Notes under the pieces: generated by a model
What the model was told of the DNA's origin: nothing
What the model saw: only the letters and a program-made list of their open reading frames with translations
Database searches by the model: none
Program-made: the position numbers and the translations under genes
Shown here: positions 1 to 12,700 of the stretch, in pieces
Position numbering within the stretch: the stretch's first letter is position 1
Layout of the letters: every line of letters starts with the position of its first letter
From: Phoronis australis
Taxonomy: Eukaryota > Animalia > Phoronida
Length of the DNA stretch: 64,000 bases
Direction: 5' to 3'
NCBI GenBank assembly: GCA_002633005.1
Contig: NMRA01000713.1
Coordinates: forward strand, 1-64,000

Positions 1-425
1 CGTCATTCCATTTAACTTGACCAAACTTAGTCAACAAACTTAGCTAAGAAGCAAATAGCCTTATACATGCAAAATTTTCCCCTTTATAAATACAAAATAT
101 CTGTATCAAGCTTTGCACATTCAGGGCTCAACATGATCTGCACGTCACAGTACTGTTGAGACCTGAAATTCGCAAATGCGGGCTGAGATTTCGGTCAACT
201 CGCATTAGTCGCACGTGTGCGATCTGAACATTTCCAACTATGGCGCGCCGAGTCGCATTGCCTGAAAATGACACAACAGGTCACCGAGACTGTGTGACCT
301 GCGATCTGTGCATGTGCCGGCTGGATTTCGTAACTGCGAGCTGGGATTATGACCAAGTTGCTAACGACGACCTGGAAAATTTCATAATGTTCTGGGCTGT
401 ATTGAGGGACTAAATGGAAACTGAC

Positions 426-792
426 CTCTTTATCTTTAGCAGATCTGACCAGCTCTGCAGCTTGGCTCAACATGTTGACCAAAGACTCCTGCTTATCAAA
501 TTCGGCTTTCAAGTTACTACCGACTAGGCCGAGTACGGCACGAAGCATCAACTGATACCGCTCGCTGAACTGTGGACTACTGTTGATGGCGTCGCGTAGA
601 TGCCAGAAGAGATAGTGCGCAACACGGATGCTGGTGATGGAACGTTCTAGCAAGAAGCGTGCTAGCGGTGTGTCCGAGTAGCTCTCGTACTTGAGGGCTT
701 GCACCAGCTGGGGTAGGTAGTCACACAGTTCATCACTAGAGGCCGCCTTGATCCACCGCACAGCTGTACGCCGAACATGAGTGTCTGCATAC
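426..792 (-). CDS. PIK3C2A: PI3K-C2 exon, PIK helical domain (YADTHVRRTAVRWI...LPQLVQALKYE...AHYLFWHL)
   Basis: Acceptor ctaag|G at 792, donor GAG|gtcagt at 426; classic PI3K helical-domain motifs. Confidence 0.93.
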
Positions 793-3700
793 CTTAGAGA
801 AAAGTGGATGCAAAATTCAATAATTTTGAAAAGATGAAATTAAAATAACTTGTCATTGAAACACAACTGGCTACATTTTTAATGATTCAAGGTTAAATTA
901 ATTTTTAATCAACTTTTCATAATCATCATTAAGCCTTCCCAGTTGATGGGGCTCAGATAATTTGATGAAATTCATCATCTATTTTAAAATCTACTGAGTG
1001 CGTAATAAATACAAGTAATAGCAAGCGAATAACATGGTCACAAATACAACGCACCATAACTGTGACATGAATGCATTCAGTAGAAAACTTCGTCGCTGCA
1101 GTAGCCTTCAAAAAGTTGATGAATATTTCTTGTCAAAAATCAGCGAAATTGAGATGCAGAAATTTGTAACTAATTCTTAGTTCTGGACAGTTCTCTACTG
1201 GGTTTTCAGCATGAGACTGAAGAAGCCAGACGAATTTCGAGGTAATTCAGCAACTTTAAATTTTGAAACCAACAGACGTATGTAGAGAGTGGGAACAACG
1301 TGCTGTTGTGTGGTTCTTCATTCATTGTCATCAAAGTATTACAAGTTGAATGACTTGTGTAAAGTGAAAATTAATCCTTTTACCTAGCAGTAACAATTTA
1401 CACTTAGTTTCCAAAATAAAATGGAAAGGGTCAAAATTTCAAAAAAGTTTGATGCACAAAACCGTGACTAAATTATCCATTTTTTGACAAGAGAACAGTC
1501 ACGTTTCAGTTTGGCAAACTCTCAATAAACATCTCGACCACTGCTGCTCCAAGCACTTCATAGAAATTGCAAAAATTTCTACTCAGTCCACTAAGAAATA
1601 AACATTTAGCAAAAATACTGTCTCATTAAAGTTAAACACTGATTAAGTTCTACAAAGTTATAGAATTGTGTGCGATAATTGTCTGAGTGACTAAACTACC
1701 AGATACTTTTGGCAAGAAGTATTCCGAGTTTGGCAAAGTCCGACAGAATGTTGTCCGTTCTGAGAACCATACCTGCATGGTGTACGCAAACATGTCCACA
1801 ACACTAAAGGGACATTCCATTATCTGCCTTGAGCAGCGTTAAAAGACTCCATCAACAGGTGGCATGCAGACTTAAAACTTAAAAATGTGTGTGAACTCTA
1901 CTAACCTTGGTAACAACAGCTCCAATGCCTGTGCTGGCTCCAGAGGGTCCCACTCACTGACCATGGCATGAAGGTCGGGTAGGCAGAGCCAGTCCCAGCC
2001 GTGACAGTAGTCCAGAATCTTGGAGAGTGCTTTAGGATAGTGATACATATAGTGTCGCTTCTCCCATAGGAACTCACTCTCCTCTGTGGTGAGACTAGAA
2101 AGTAGATTTGGGTAACATTACAACCATCAGTGACAGTGCAGAGTAGGCGCACGTTTATTAGAGTACAGTGTAGTTCCACTCATCAAAGGCACTGCACATA
2201 TCAGTTGGGCACTGAATAATAAACTAATTCGTGGCCCCCAATCCATCAACTTTAGGACCGAACATCAGCCCTATTCCCCTCAGAAAATTATTGAAAAATC
2301 ACACGAAATTCCCCTCATGATGCTCAAAAATTCCCCCAAGTTATTGAAAAATTTCCCTCGAGGTTCGAATCACATGTAATTCACACAGGTGACAATTTGA
2401 AAGAGAGGAAAATGTTAACTTTGGTTACCAGAGGCAGAGCCTACGAGGGCTTACATCAGGGAGGGGTGCCACCGATGGTGACTGGGAGGTATAATTTCCC
2501 CTCACTCAGAAATATTCCCCTCTCAGAAGGCACTAAGTCATGCACCTTTCCCATTGGATAAATGAAGGTCCTGTAATTTCCCAGATCTAAGGATTGAAGT
2601 TACTTGCAACCAATGCTTCCAACAAATCTTAGCCTACTCATTAGTAATTTCAATTAGTGCTCTCATGTTTCTTCTGTTTTGTACTTCTATTTGGGAGCAC
2701 CACTCAAATGCAGAAATCCAATCAGACTCCAATAGAGGGCATCTTGCCCTTGAACTTCTGAGTATAAGACTTGCACACATATCAGAAAAGCAATTCTGGA
2801 ACTGCTGATTTCTGGTTCAGAAAAATGTAGACTTTTCATATAGGTGTAAGCCTTGAAGCTATAAGACTTAGAACTGTGAAGCGTCCTCAAACTGTGGGAG
2901 AATACTGACACGAGACGGTGTATCGTGTATATCCACTAGGATTCTTTTCCAAGAAAGTGTCAGTTTGAATTTGTTGAACTTACTTGGTGATGACATCTTT
3001 TGCAATGATTTCCTTTAATTCTTCTTGGAGATCTTGATTCAGAGTACCAAAATCACACGCATGGCTGGTAAAGAATCAAAACAAAATGATTAATAGACAA
3101 GAGACACGCCTGAAATCTGTCAAGACTGACTACATCAGACACAGCTTTCATGATCGAAATTAGATTTAAAAATGTACCAAAAACATGAACTTGCAACTGT
3201 ATGCATGGCCATCTTTGAAAACACTTGTTTCAATTCGTGTTCTGGAGTGGCACCCTCAGCTGTTTCTTAATAGTACGGAAAGTTACTACTACACACCATA
3301 ATAATATGCACCAAACGGGGTTCATTAATTGTCGATAACTAATGATTAAATTCAGAGCGAAGTTCTCAACTTCACCTTGACCAATCAAGCACTGTATAGA
3401 TCTACAAGACAATGAACAATAATAACTTGGTTTTAGACACGTTGTGATTAACCAACAGATGCATGCTCCCAACAAGAAAACTATTAACCAACACCAATTA
3501 CTGTCCCACTGCTCAATGCTGACCAAGAATTGTTGTTTCAAGCTGAGACATGTGGCGTGCAATGAAACAGGTGGTCAACCAATACCGCACAGAGATGACA
3601 TTCAGCCTTTGACAGTCAGAATGACATGGCTGTAAATGTTACTGACACCTCGTGACGCACAAGAAATTGGAGAACTGAGTTAGGGTTTGTGTATATTAAA

Positions 3701-6700
3701 TCCTCAGAAACTGTGTCAACACCGGCACTGCAGACAGGAAACTAACTTGCACTCTCTCGGGTTTACAGTCGAGGCCAGTGAGTACAATTGAGATGATCAC
3801 TTCAACATTTGATACAACATCTGTTAATATGGTGTATATTTGACACCCGAAGCGAATTGAGTACAACTTGTTTTTATTAACAAACGGGTTATAAGGCGAC
3901 ACCACAGTGTCACATTGCAATGGGTCAAATCCCGTTTACACAGTCACACAATGTTCCTGGGTCTGTTCGCACCTGGACAAGAGAGCCATGTAAACGAACA
4001 AGGAGTTGTACGGCAGGTAATTTCATCCCTGAGCATTTGTAAGTCCGTGTACAGAAAAACATGCTTGCAGGAACTTCTGACAATAGGACCCTGGGCAAAT
4101 ATCCAGGAAATGCTATTTTTGTAACCAAACAAGAGCCTGGGCATACTTTTGGAAACAGCGGGCCAATTTAGGGAAAATATGGCAACAACGAGGGCCAACA
4201 TAATGTATTTAACATATGATTTATTTCTTTATTTATAGTCCTTTAGCCACGTTTATATATTTTGTAGATTAGCAAAGGCATGCTGAAATGATCTAAATCC
4301 TGTTTATCATCAAAGTTATTTTAGTTATACTCTAGCTAAACATTACTATAGATATGTCCTGCAAATGGCTGAAAATATTAACTCCAGCCACAAATTCAGA
4401 CCCAAGGACCTTAGTTCACTTTTCCCCCAAATAAAGGACCTTGGGTCTACGTTTGGAGGGTAACTAGAGTCAACGTAACAAACAGCTGGTGATGTGCACA
4501 CCAAGTCACTCACCTCTCGGGACTATCCAAAACCTTGGGAAACTCAACTTGGCATTCAAAATCAGGCAAAGCAATCTGAAGGTAAGGAAATAGTTATAAC
4601 ATCAGTTGCATAGAAAAAAAAAACAATTGACTGAGGACTGTTACGGCAGGCACAGCTGGAATTCCAGATGCCCTGCTTTTCCATTTCCAAAAGTTAGCGA
4701 CTACGCCTCATAAGCCAAGACTTTCACACCACCACATACCAGATTGTTTTGCTGGCCTCACTTCACATTTGATGACCTGGGAATTTTACCAGGTCCCATT
4801 TGGCGAGTTAACATTACGCTCGAGTCTTGGGATTCCATTTAATTTACACTAAATACATCATTTGCATTGATATATTTATCAACAGTCATGATACTACTAG
4901 CTAAGCATCACCCAGTTAACACAGAATATGAATCACTGATGACCTACCTTCAGAAGGACACTAGTAGCGCCTCTGTTGGTGAGTGTAGTACCTAATGGCT
5001 GGGGATCACCAGGCCACAGAGGAATCAGCTGCGGACCCTGAACCAGTAAGCTGGAAACGGAATGTAAGGTTGTGGGGTCAGTCACTATCATGGTAAACAA
5101 AGGACAGGATGAAATTGTGAGATCACTCGTGACCATGAGTGGGAGATTTTCTCGAGCCCAAACTAACTTAAGTTTGTAAATGAGCTGCTGAAAACTAAAT
5201 TCCTTACTCACAATTTTTGATCAGAAGTGAAAGCTCGAGTCAAAGCGGTACAAAGATGGAGACGTGACCTGTCCTTCAACAATGCTGATGACAAACTCTG
5301 CTTTTGCTGAGTCATCATGGCATGGAATTCGGCGTGTGCTGAGTCATCAAAACTCCACATCAACGTGCCGAATTAATTTTAACATGTACTATACGTACCT
5401 CATTAAATTTTCATGCACTTCCTGCCATAAGACACATACGCGTGACTCACCCCTTATAGTCGAACACCTGCATAGCAGCCCAGCCTAGCGAGGTTCGCAC
5501 CTGTTGTCCTGGTTCCGCCCCTGATGACTGACTAGCTGTCCGAATACCCACCAGGCTGAAAACCAATCTGCACTCTCTTGGCAGCGTGCATACTGGAATT
5601 CGCATTTGAATCCTGCCAACCAATACCAACGATCACATTTAAATTGTCTCATCACAGCAACAGTAGTGTACAATGACAGTGACGGAAATAGTTTGTTCAA
5701 TACATTTGCCAAAATGTGTAAGTTTTTTATCATCACAGCAACAGCAGTGCACAATGACAGTGACGAAAATAGTTTGTTCAATACATTTGTCAAAATGCGT
5801 AAGTTATTTATGAGAAAATATCAACTTTTTCCAAAGCCATTTTGTCAAAAGAAACTTAGCCAAAAATTTATTATTTGATGTGAGAAATGAAGTCAAAACA
5901 AATTGTAATTCTTATTAGTGGCACACTTATTGACCTATTGTAAGCTCCGCCCCCTTGCAAAAAGTCAACAAACAAACAATAAGTTTTACGCTACAACTTA
6001 GCTATGATGATGCCAACAATCCAATAGAGTTCACCTACCATTCATCCCAACACAGTTTGTCCGTGAAACCTTCGGTTATCTGCACGTAAGAGGTTGCGAC
6101 TTCAGAATGAACTTTTCTACCTCCATGATAAAGAGCGCATATAATACAGTATTTTTCGTAGCTGCAAATATAAACAGGGAAAATAATGAACATAAAACGA
6201 CAAAACAGTCATTAAGTAACATTTATTATATTCAAGTTATTAACAGGGCAGACTGTAATTATTATGTACTAGATTTAAGACCATTTATTACTAATCTGAA
6301 ATTAATTGGTCAATGTACACCAACCTACAGCCTATTTTTGGTAGGATGTTTGTTTCTGTTGGTCATTTCTCCGGCCATCTTCAGGTGTTATTTAGCTTTC
6401 TTATGAGCTGTGGTACTTTTCTACACACACTACCTGAAGATGGCTGGAGAAGTGACTGGGTTAAACGACACGCCAAATGCTAGAGGTTGGTGTAAATAAA
6501 TTATTTAAAATAATACGTTAATACATCCCCACATCATTTATTACTATGTGGCAAAAACACTAATTTGTGAACTCACGTCATTTTCCACTCAACAGGAAGT
6601 CTGTGAGCAGATTCTAGTTCTACGATGAAGAAGTCTTCAAACACTGTAACATCTTTTAAACTAGTATCTGTAATAAAATATGGCACATAGAATCAACCCC

Positions 6701-9700
6701 GAGACAACAACAAAAAAGGACTTCAAAACAAACACTTTTTAAAATAAAGTGCTGCATTCACACAATCCTGGAAATGGCAGCAACTCCATCCAACGAGTTG
6801 AAAACAGCGACTTAAAAAAATCTTTCAAAAGTATTCTCATTGAAGAAGAGTGACATTTTAGAGCAAAACATTGACAAACTAAATGTTAAGCAATGTATCT
6901 ATTTTTCCCCCAGTGTCTTGGCATAACTCCAGCGATACCAGACTAATTTTAAAGAAATTCAACTGAAAAAGGGGACTTTCTTTGACAATATTAACAACCA
7001 ATCTATTATTGATCAACGAAAAGAGTTCATCAACAAATCAAATGATTGTGTTAAGCGAGAGGCAACGAGGCTTTGCCTGGACGTCTGTAGGACAACAAGG
7101 GTCATCCAGTCGCCTGTAAAGGAATATCATATACCATACCAAACTCATCCACCTGGCATTCTCTCAATGTCCAGATACTGCCCGCTCAACAATTTAGCAT
7201 ATTATCCTTCTCAAGTACCTGTACATGGCTTGTGTAGGCTACCGAATGAAAAGTCCGAGTTAAACGTCCTACAGTAGGTATGCACTAAATGCTTGACGGA
7301 CACCACCAGTTGGTCGATCGTGTCTTGAAATTCTTCCACCTGCAAGGTCTTTGCGTTGTCCCTGAAAAACAGTCCACGTCAAGTTCTCTCATCAGAACCT
7401 CTCTGAAACACCATTTCCTCTTTCATACATTTCCAAGCAAGGTAATACAGTAACTCCAGTGGATAATAGAGCGACGTGGCTATACGATAATCCACAGAAC
7501 CATTGCAACGTTTGCCACACTTTGCACAGGAAGTCATTTAAAGCTACATTTTGCCCAGTGAAGTTCAGAAAGTTGGCTAAAAACAAAGATCAATAAGGCC
7601 TTTTACTGTCATGACATCTGTCTCATTCCTTCGCGTGAGAGGGTTCTATTTCAGAGGTTACCAAATCAAGTTACAGGCAATGCACATATGCATCATTTTC
7701 GCAGTCGCGATGTTAGTGTTGGCCCACCCCAATAAACTGCAGCATTTTCTTGTCTAGTGTTGCTGTTGGTTTCAATGCCCATGTTGGTACAGATTCAGAA
7801 TCCTATCACGCTAAGGTATGAGACCATTTATCATTTTTAGCCAGCTTGACTAGTTGGTGCCAGAGGATTTGATAAAACTAATTGTGACAAGATTTACGAA
7901 TCAAAGAAACATGCAAAGAACCAACCAGGATAGATCACCATTTTCCCAAGTCAAGAGTGCAAATTGTACTGGGCTGTCCTCGTGATTTGCCCCTGACAGG
8001 ACCAGACCTGTTATTGTGTCTTAAAGGTTCGCTCTTGGATTGGTATCTTTGTGCACATTTTACAGCTCCAAATTTAAAACAAAAACTACCAAGATCTAAT
8101 AAATCCTCACAAGACTCTTTTTGTTGTAAGTCCTAAGTATTGAATATCGTGCTCTTTCCGGAAGGGGCAAGGTGAGGAAAAGAGGACAAGTGAAATTATG
8201 ACGCCCTCCCTATTTAAATGTCACTGCATTCTGTCAGTGTATTAAGATCACTCTGTTAGGTGGAGGTGTATACACGCCAAGTTGCTGCACTGTAAACCTT
8301 GAAAAAAGTTCAATTTTCAAGTTTTTATAGTGTGCAGTGTCTAAAATGTGCGGAAAAGAATATTGTCACGAACAGGCAGGGGTTACTGCTGACATTCACC
8401 TCTTTTCCATACCTGAACAAAAGAAGCCGATCATAAGGTGCGGGGGATGTGATAAGTGGATATTGAAGTCCCAACAAGTTGGAAGCATTCATAGCTTTAG
8501 CTGCTATTTGTAAATTAATGTGACACAAAAACACAAAGTGCACAGTACCTTGATCGGTCAATGATGGCATAGATAGCCCCATCTTCTTCCATCTCTTCAG
8601 AAAAAGGACACTGAAAATCAGACAACAGATTATGATCTACAAAAATTTTTGTTATTGGCAAAAAATTACGCCTAGTATGTTGCACCGACATCATTTTTTT
8701 TGTTTTTTTTTGTTTGTTGGCACTCTACATGTGGCATTTTTCGTCCAAATCCGATGAAATTCACACACAACCTCTAGCTCTTGAATAGCTCGAAGCTTAT
8801 AATTGTTTTTCGTGATGATCTGTAGTGGCCATTTTGTTTTCAAATTCAGATTCAAATGCCCATAGAGGCCACAATTTTTGATGTTCACGTCGGCTGAAAA
8901 TTATTACAATTATCATAGCAGATGTGTTCTACAGGTTTGTGGGAAATTACGAACTTCTGGCCAATAATGGTGGAAATATTGGCCAATGCGATTGGGCACC
9001 TCGATTTCAGGACGCAAATGTGCTGTGAAGGGCACATTGCATAACAAATTGCTTCGAAAAGTTTCATGTGTTATTTTCCTGTCAGTAGCTATTATCAAGA
9101 GCTGCTATCAATGGCAAATCTGACACATTTTCATCAATTTTCAGTCGTACTGGGGTTTTATTTTGAATAGGAAGAGCAAAAAACATGAATTTTTGCATGT
9201 GTATTCATTAAGGTATACTCTTCCAAATGAACTTTCTCTCAGAGTTACCATTTTTGATTTACTTGACTTTCAATATTAAAAAAAGAATTTCAATCATATT
9301 TTGATTTTTTCAAAAAATTTCAGAATTTTGTGAAACTACTATCAATTGATAGAATTTTGAACGGAATTTCAGAAGATGTTTTCCGTTTTTCTCTAGCACA
9401 TCTCTCTATCGAATTACTCGGGATTTTCTGAAGATGCTGTTGCACTTTTGTTGGTTTACCTTCTGTTGAACAAGATTATGTTTCTTACTCATTTCAGACA
9501 TGTTCATAATATGATTGTTATCACGTTCATTATTGCCACCATCATTATCATCATCATTGTCATCATCATCTCTAATATTCTTTTCAGCCTATTTCTACGA
9601 GCGTTTTCATTCTAGACCTAAACTTAAATTTTCCATCAAGAAAATGTGCCATTTGGTCTGTGCAACTAAGCACAGCTTAAAAAACTAGGTTGATGGTTTT

Positions 9701-12700
9701 GGCTGAGAACATAATTGTTTATTACCCCCTATTGATTATGATAGCCCAGCCCCGAAAGTCGGCCATACCTCAATCTCAGACAGAGTGTTCAGCTTGAGTA
9801 CTTGAGTTGATATTGCATTCGTCTCCACATTTCCAAGTATTGCGCAGATAGCCTTCACTGACTGTATCAAGGACTGACACTGCACTTTCACAGCAGTAGG
9901 CTGTAATTTCACAAAATAATTGAGTCAATTTACTTAACGTGATAGGACTTATCTTCTGATACCAAAAAGAAGTAACAATCCCTCAACAAATCAAGGAACA
10001 CATTACAAAATTATCAATTTCTTCTCGGGTTTGCTTACCTTGAAATTCAAAAAGGTGTATGGAGAATTCTGACTATTCAAATGTACATCAGCCACGTGAA
10101 ACAACAACGACCATTTTCCATGAGTATATCGCATATCATTTATTGGCTTGGCTCTCTTGTTAAAAACACTAAATGTAATATGGTGTTAGTTAAAACAGAT
10201 CTGAAGCTACACATGGGATCAGTTTACCAGGATGGAGAACCACAGTTAGTATAGAGAACATTCAGTAAAAAGTAAACACCAGAAACCAGACTCTTGAACA
10301 AAATCATTTTGGGCTAGCAGGAGGTAACTAGTCCCAATAGTGGCTTAGAATTTTGGGGATGTTGTAAATCCAGGGTGTCATTCACACACAACAGTCAGAC
10401 CTTTTGAAATCGACATGCAAGGTCCATGAAAGCAGTTCGCTAAAATAAAATATTAATATTTCCACATAGGGGAAAGTTAAACGAAGTCATGAGCTACCTG
10501 CAGAGCCCGCTCCCTGACCGTGTTAATTTCTTTGTAAAAAGTGTCGAGCAATATTCCCATAGTTTCTCTATTTACCACACGGCGGTCATCTGGCCTTGAA
10601 AGTACAACTGGCTCAAGGTCATCTTTGGACTGAAAACAGAAAATAATTAGAGAATGACGTGATTCCCATTTAGTGTCATGAATTTCAGTTTAATTCAAAG
10701 TGAGTACGATCAGTACACAACAGAGACATTGAAACTAGACCACGCCAGTCCCAGAACTGGACAACTGCTACTAACAAGAAAAAGTAATACCAGCCAACTC
10801 AACAATCAACCACAGATGGCACTAGACACAAAGGGGAGGTGGACCTCGCCACCAACTCTGCTGGGGGTGAAGCTGCCTATTCCAAATATCTACTTATAGC
10901 ACTTCTAGCATTAGTTTTGCTGCTCAAACTTTTCCCTTCCATCAACAAAATGTGAAATTTTAGGTCTTCTTACAATTTTTAAGAATCATGTAGTCATTCA
11001 ACCAGTTTATTTTGTAAATACGCAATTACCCTCCCATAGAATGGACCCTAGTAGTTTTCTGGTCACAATGTCAATATCCAACAGCATGTCTAGTAAAACA
11101 TATCAGTGACAGTGACCAGAGGGTACCATTACTGGACTGATTACTGTAGCATGCAACAACATACAAGGGTGCACTGCAGGAATTTAACAGGGTGGAATAT
11201 GACACAAAGTATGTTATCCCATACCTAAAATACTGCAGTGTCACATTTTGAAACTAGAATCTGTTGAATCTCCAGGGTAGGGAAACAATTCAGCAGCCAG
11301 ACTCGTTGAACTTTGGCACAAGCTCTTCACCCAGACAGTAAACAGTTCTCATGTGTTCTTAGCCTCAAAGACAATGCCGAGCAGCCATCTACATGAATGT
11401 GATTGCAATGACTCGGGTGGCCAGAGTTTTCTCACGGTGAGTCATTGGATTGTTTCTCCACCCTAATTCGCAAATTTACACCGAATATTCTTCATATCAT
11501 TGGGACATAGTTCACGAGACCTGGTTTTCAACAAAAATGTTGACGACGAATCTTGTCAAAATTAATCTGGCTTTGTGGAAGCTCTGGTGTTAACCAAGTG
11601 TAATTTATTTGGAAATTAGTTCGAAACGTTCACTTAGAAATTTTGCCAATTTTCGATGAGAAGAAATGGCGTCAACTTTCTATTGAAAATTACCGAATAC
11701 TGCCGTGATTATAGAGACACTTGTTATAGCTCTAAAGAGACACTTGTTATAGCTCTATAGAGACACTTGTTATAGCTCTAAAGAGACACGTGACAATGAA
11801 ATCATAACCAGTGCAACTCATTAACCGCTTACTTACTAATTAAAAGAAAACAAAGAAAGGAAGAAACAAACAACACCATCATTTCATCAAATCAGGATAA
11901 GCACAAAAATCAAACCACACTGAACAAGTGGTGTAACCTATCACTTGTTAACAAAATACCACAAATACCGTTACATCTTGGGTTCCTGGACGTTCATTCT
12001 GAGGACAGAAGTGACCAGAGAAGGTATCAGAAACAATATGCAACATGCGGAGAAGTTTTCAATAAACTGGACAAATAGTGGCATTTTTTTCTGACAAATT
12101 TGAAATATTTTGAGACAAAATTATTAAGGACAGAGAATTCGTTGTGAGAGTATCTGACTTTGTGAACTTCAGTCAGAAAATATTTTGCTCTCCATACGCT
12201 TTGTTGCTTATCTTTCTACTTCGAGTATCAGAACTTCAAGCGTTAAGGAATTTTGCACGAATCGTGTCAGAAAAAAACAAGACTTGTTTAAAATACCATA
12301 GCGATTTAGCAGTAACCATGACATCGTCAAAACTCTGTCAAAGTCCGATGTTGTCCAGTTTATTTAGGAAACTGTCAAACAACAGTTCGGTCATTATTTC
12401 CGATCCAAGTACCATCAGTCTAAAAACAGTCTTGGCACATTCTGCACACCAGGTTTCTTCAGTCCGAACATATTTTAGTGGATCAAGATGCAGTATAACA
12501 GACGATGCCCCCCCTACAGCTAAGGAAAGGAAAGGACGCCAGCAAAACCAAAAAGAAAATGTTCTTAGTAAAGGGTCCTGCATATTAAGAACCCGTTTTC
12601 CCAACATAATGAAAACCATTAAACTGGTTATCAACATCTGGGACCCCTGTAAGTGCCGAAATTTGATTAATTTTTGTTAGCGAATTTCCACATTTTCTTA

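Noticed and set aside
122-398. Possible hAT-like MITE starting CAGGGCTC (also the TTCCCC-rich tract at 2253-2572)
   Set aside because: TIR match is poor and no TSD was found, so boundaries cannot be supported.
195-425. C-terminal part of the 188-aa ORF
   Set aside because: Intron read-through past the donor at 426 into a repeat-like segment.
11710-11789. Short repeat arrays as possible CRISPR (also 56951-57052)
   Set aside because: No unique spacers, no cas genes, eukaryotic context.
12144-12680. 178-aa plus ORF and 99-aa minus ORF in a PI3K intron
   Set aside because: No recognisable domain; the minus-strand splice-site combinations I tried give stops or wrong phase; the flanking exons already join in frame.
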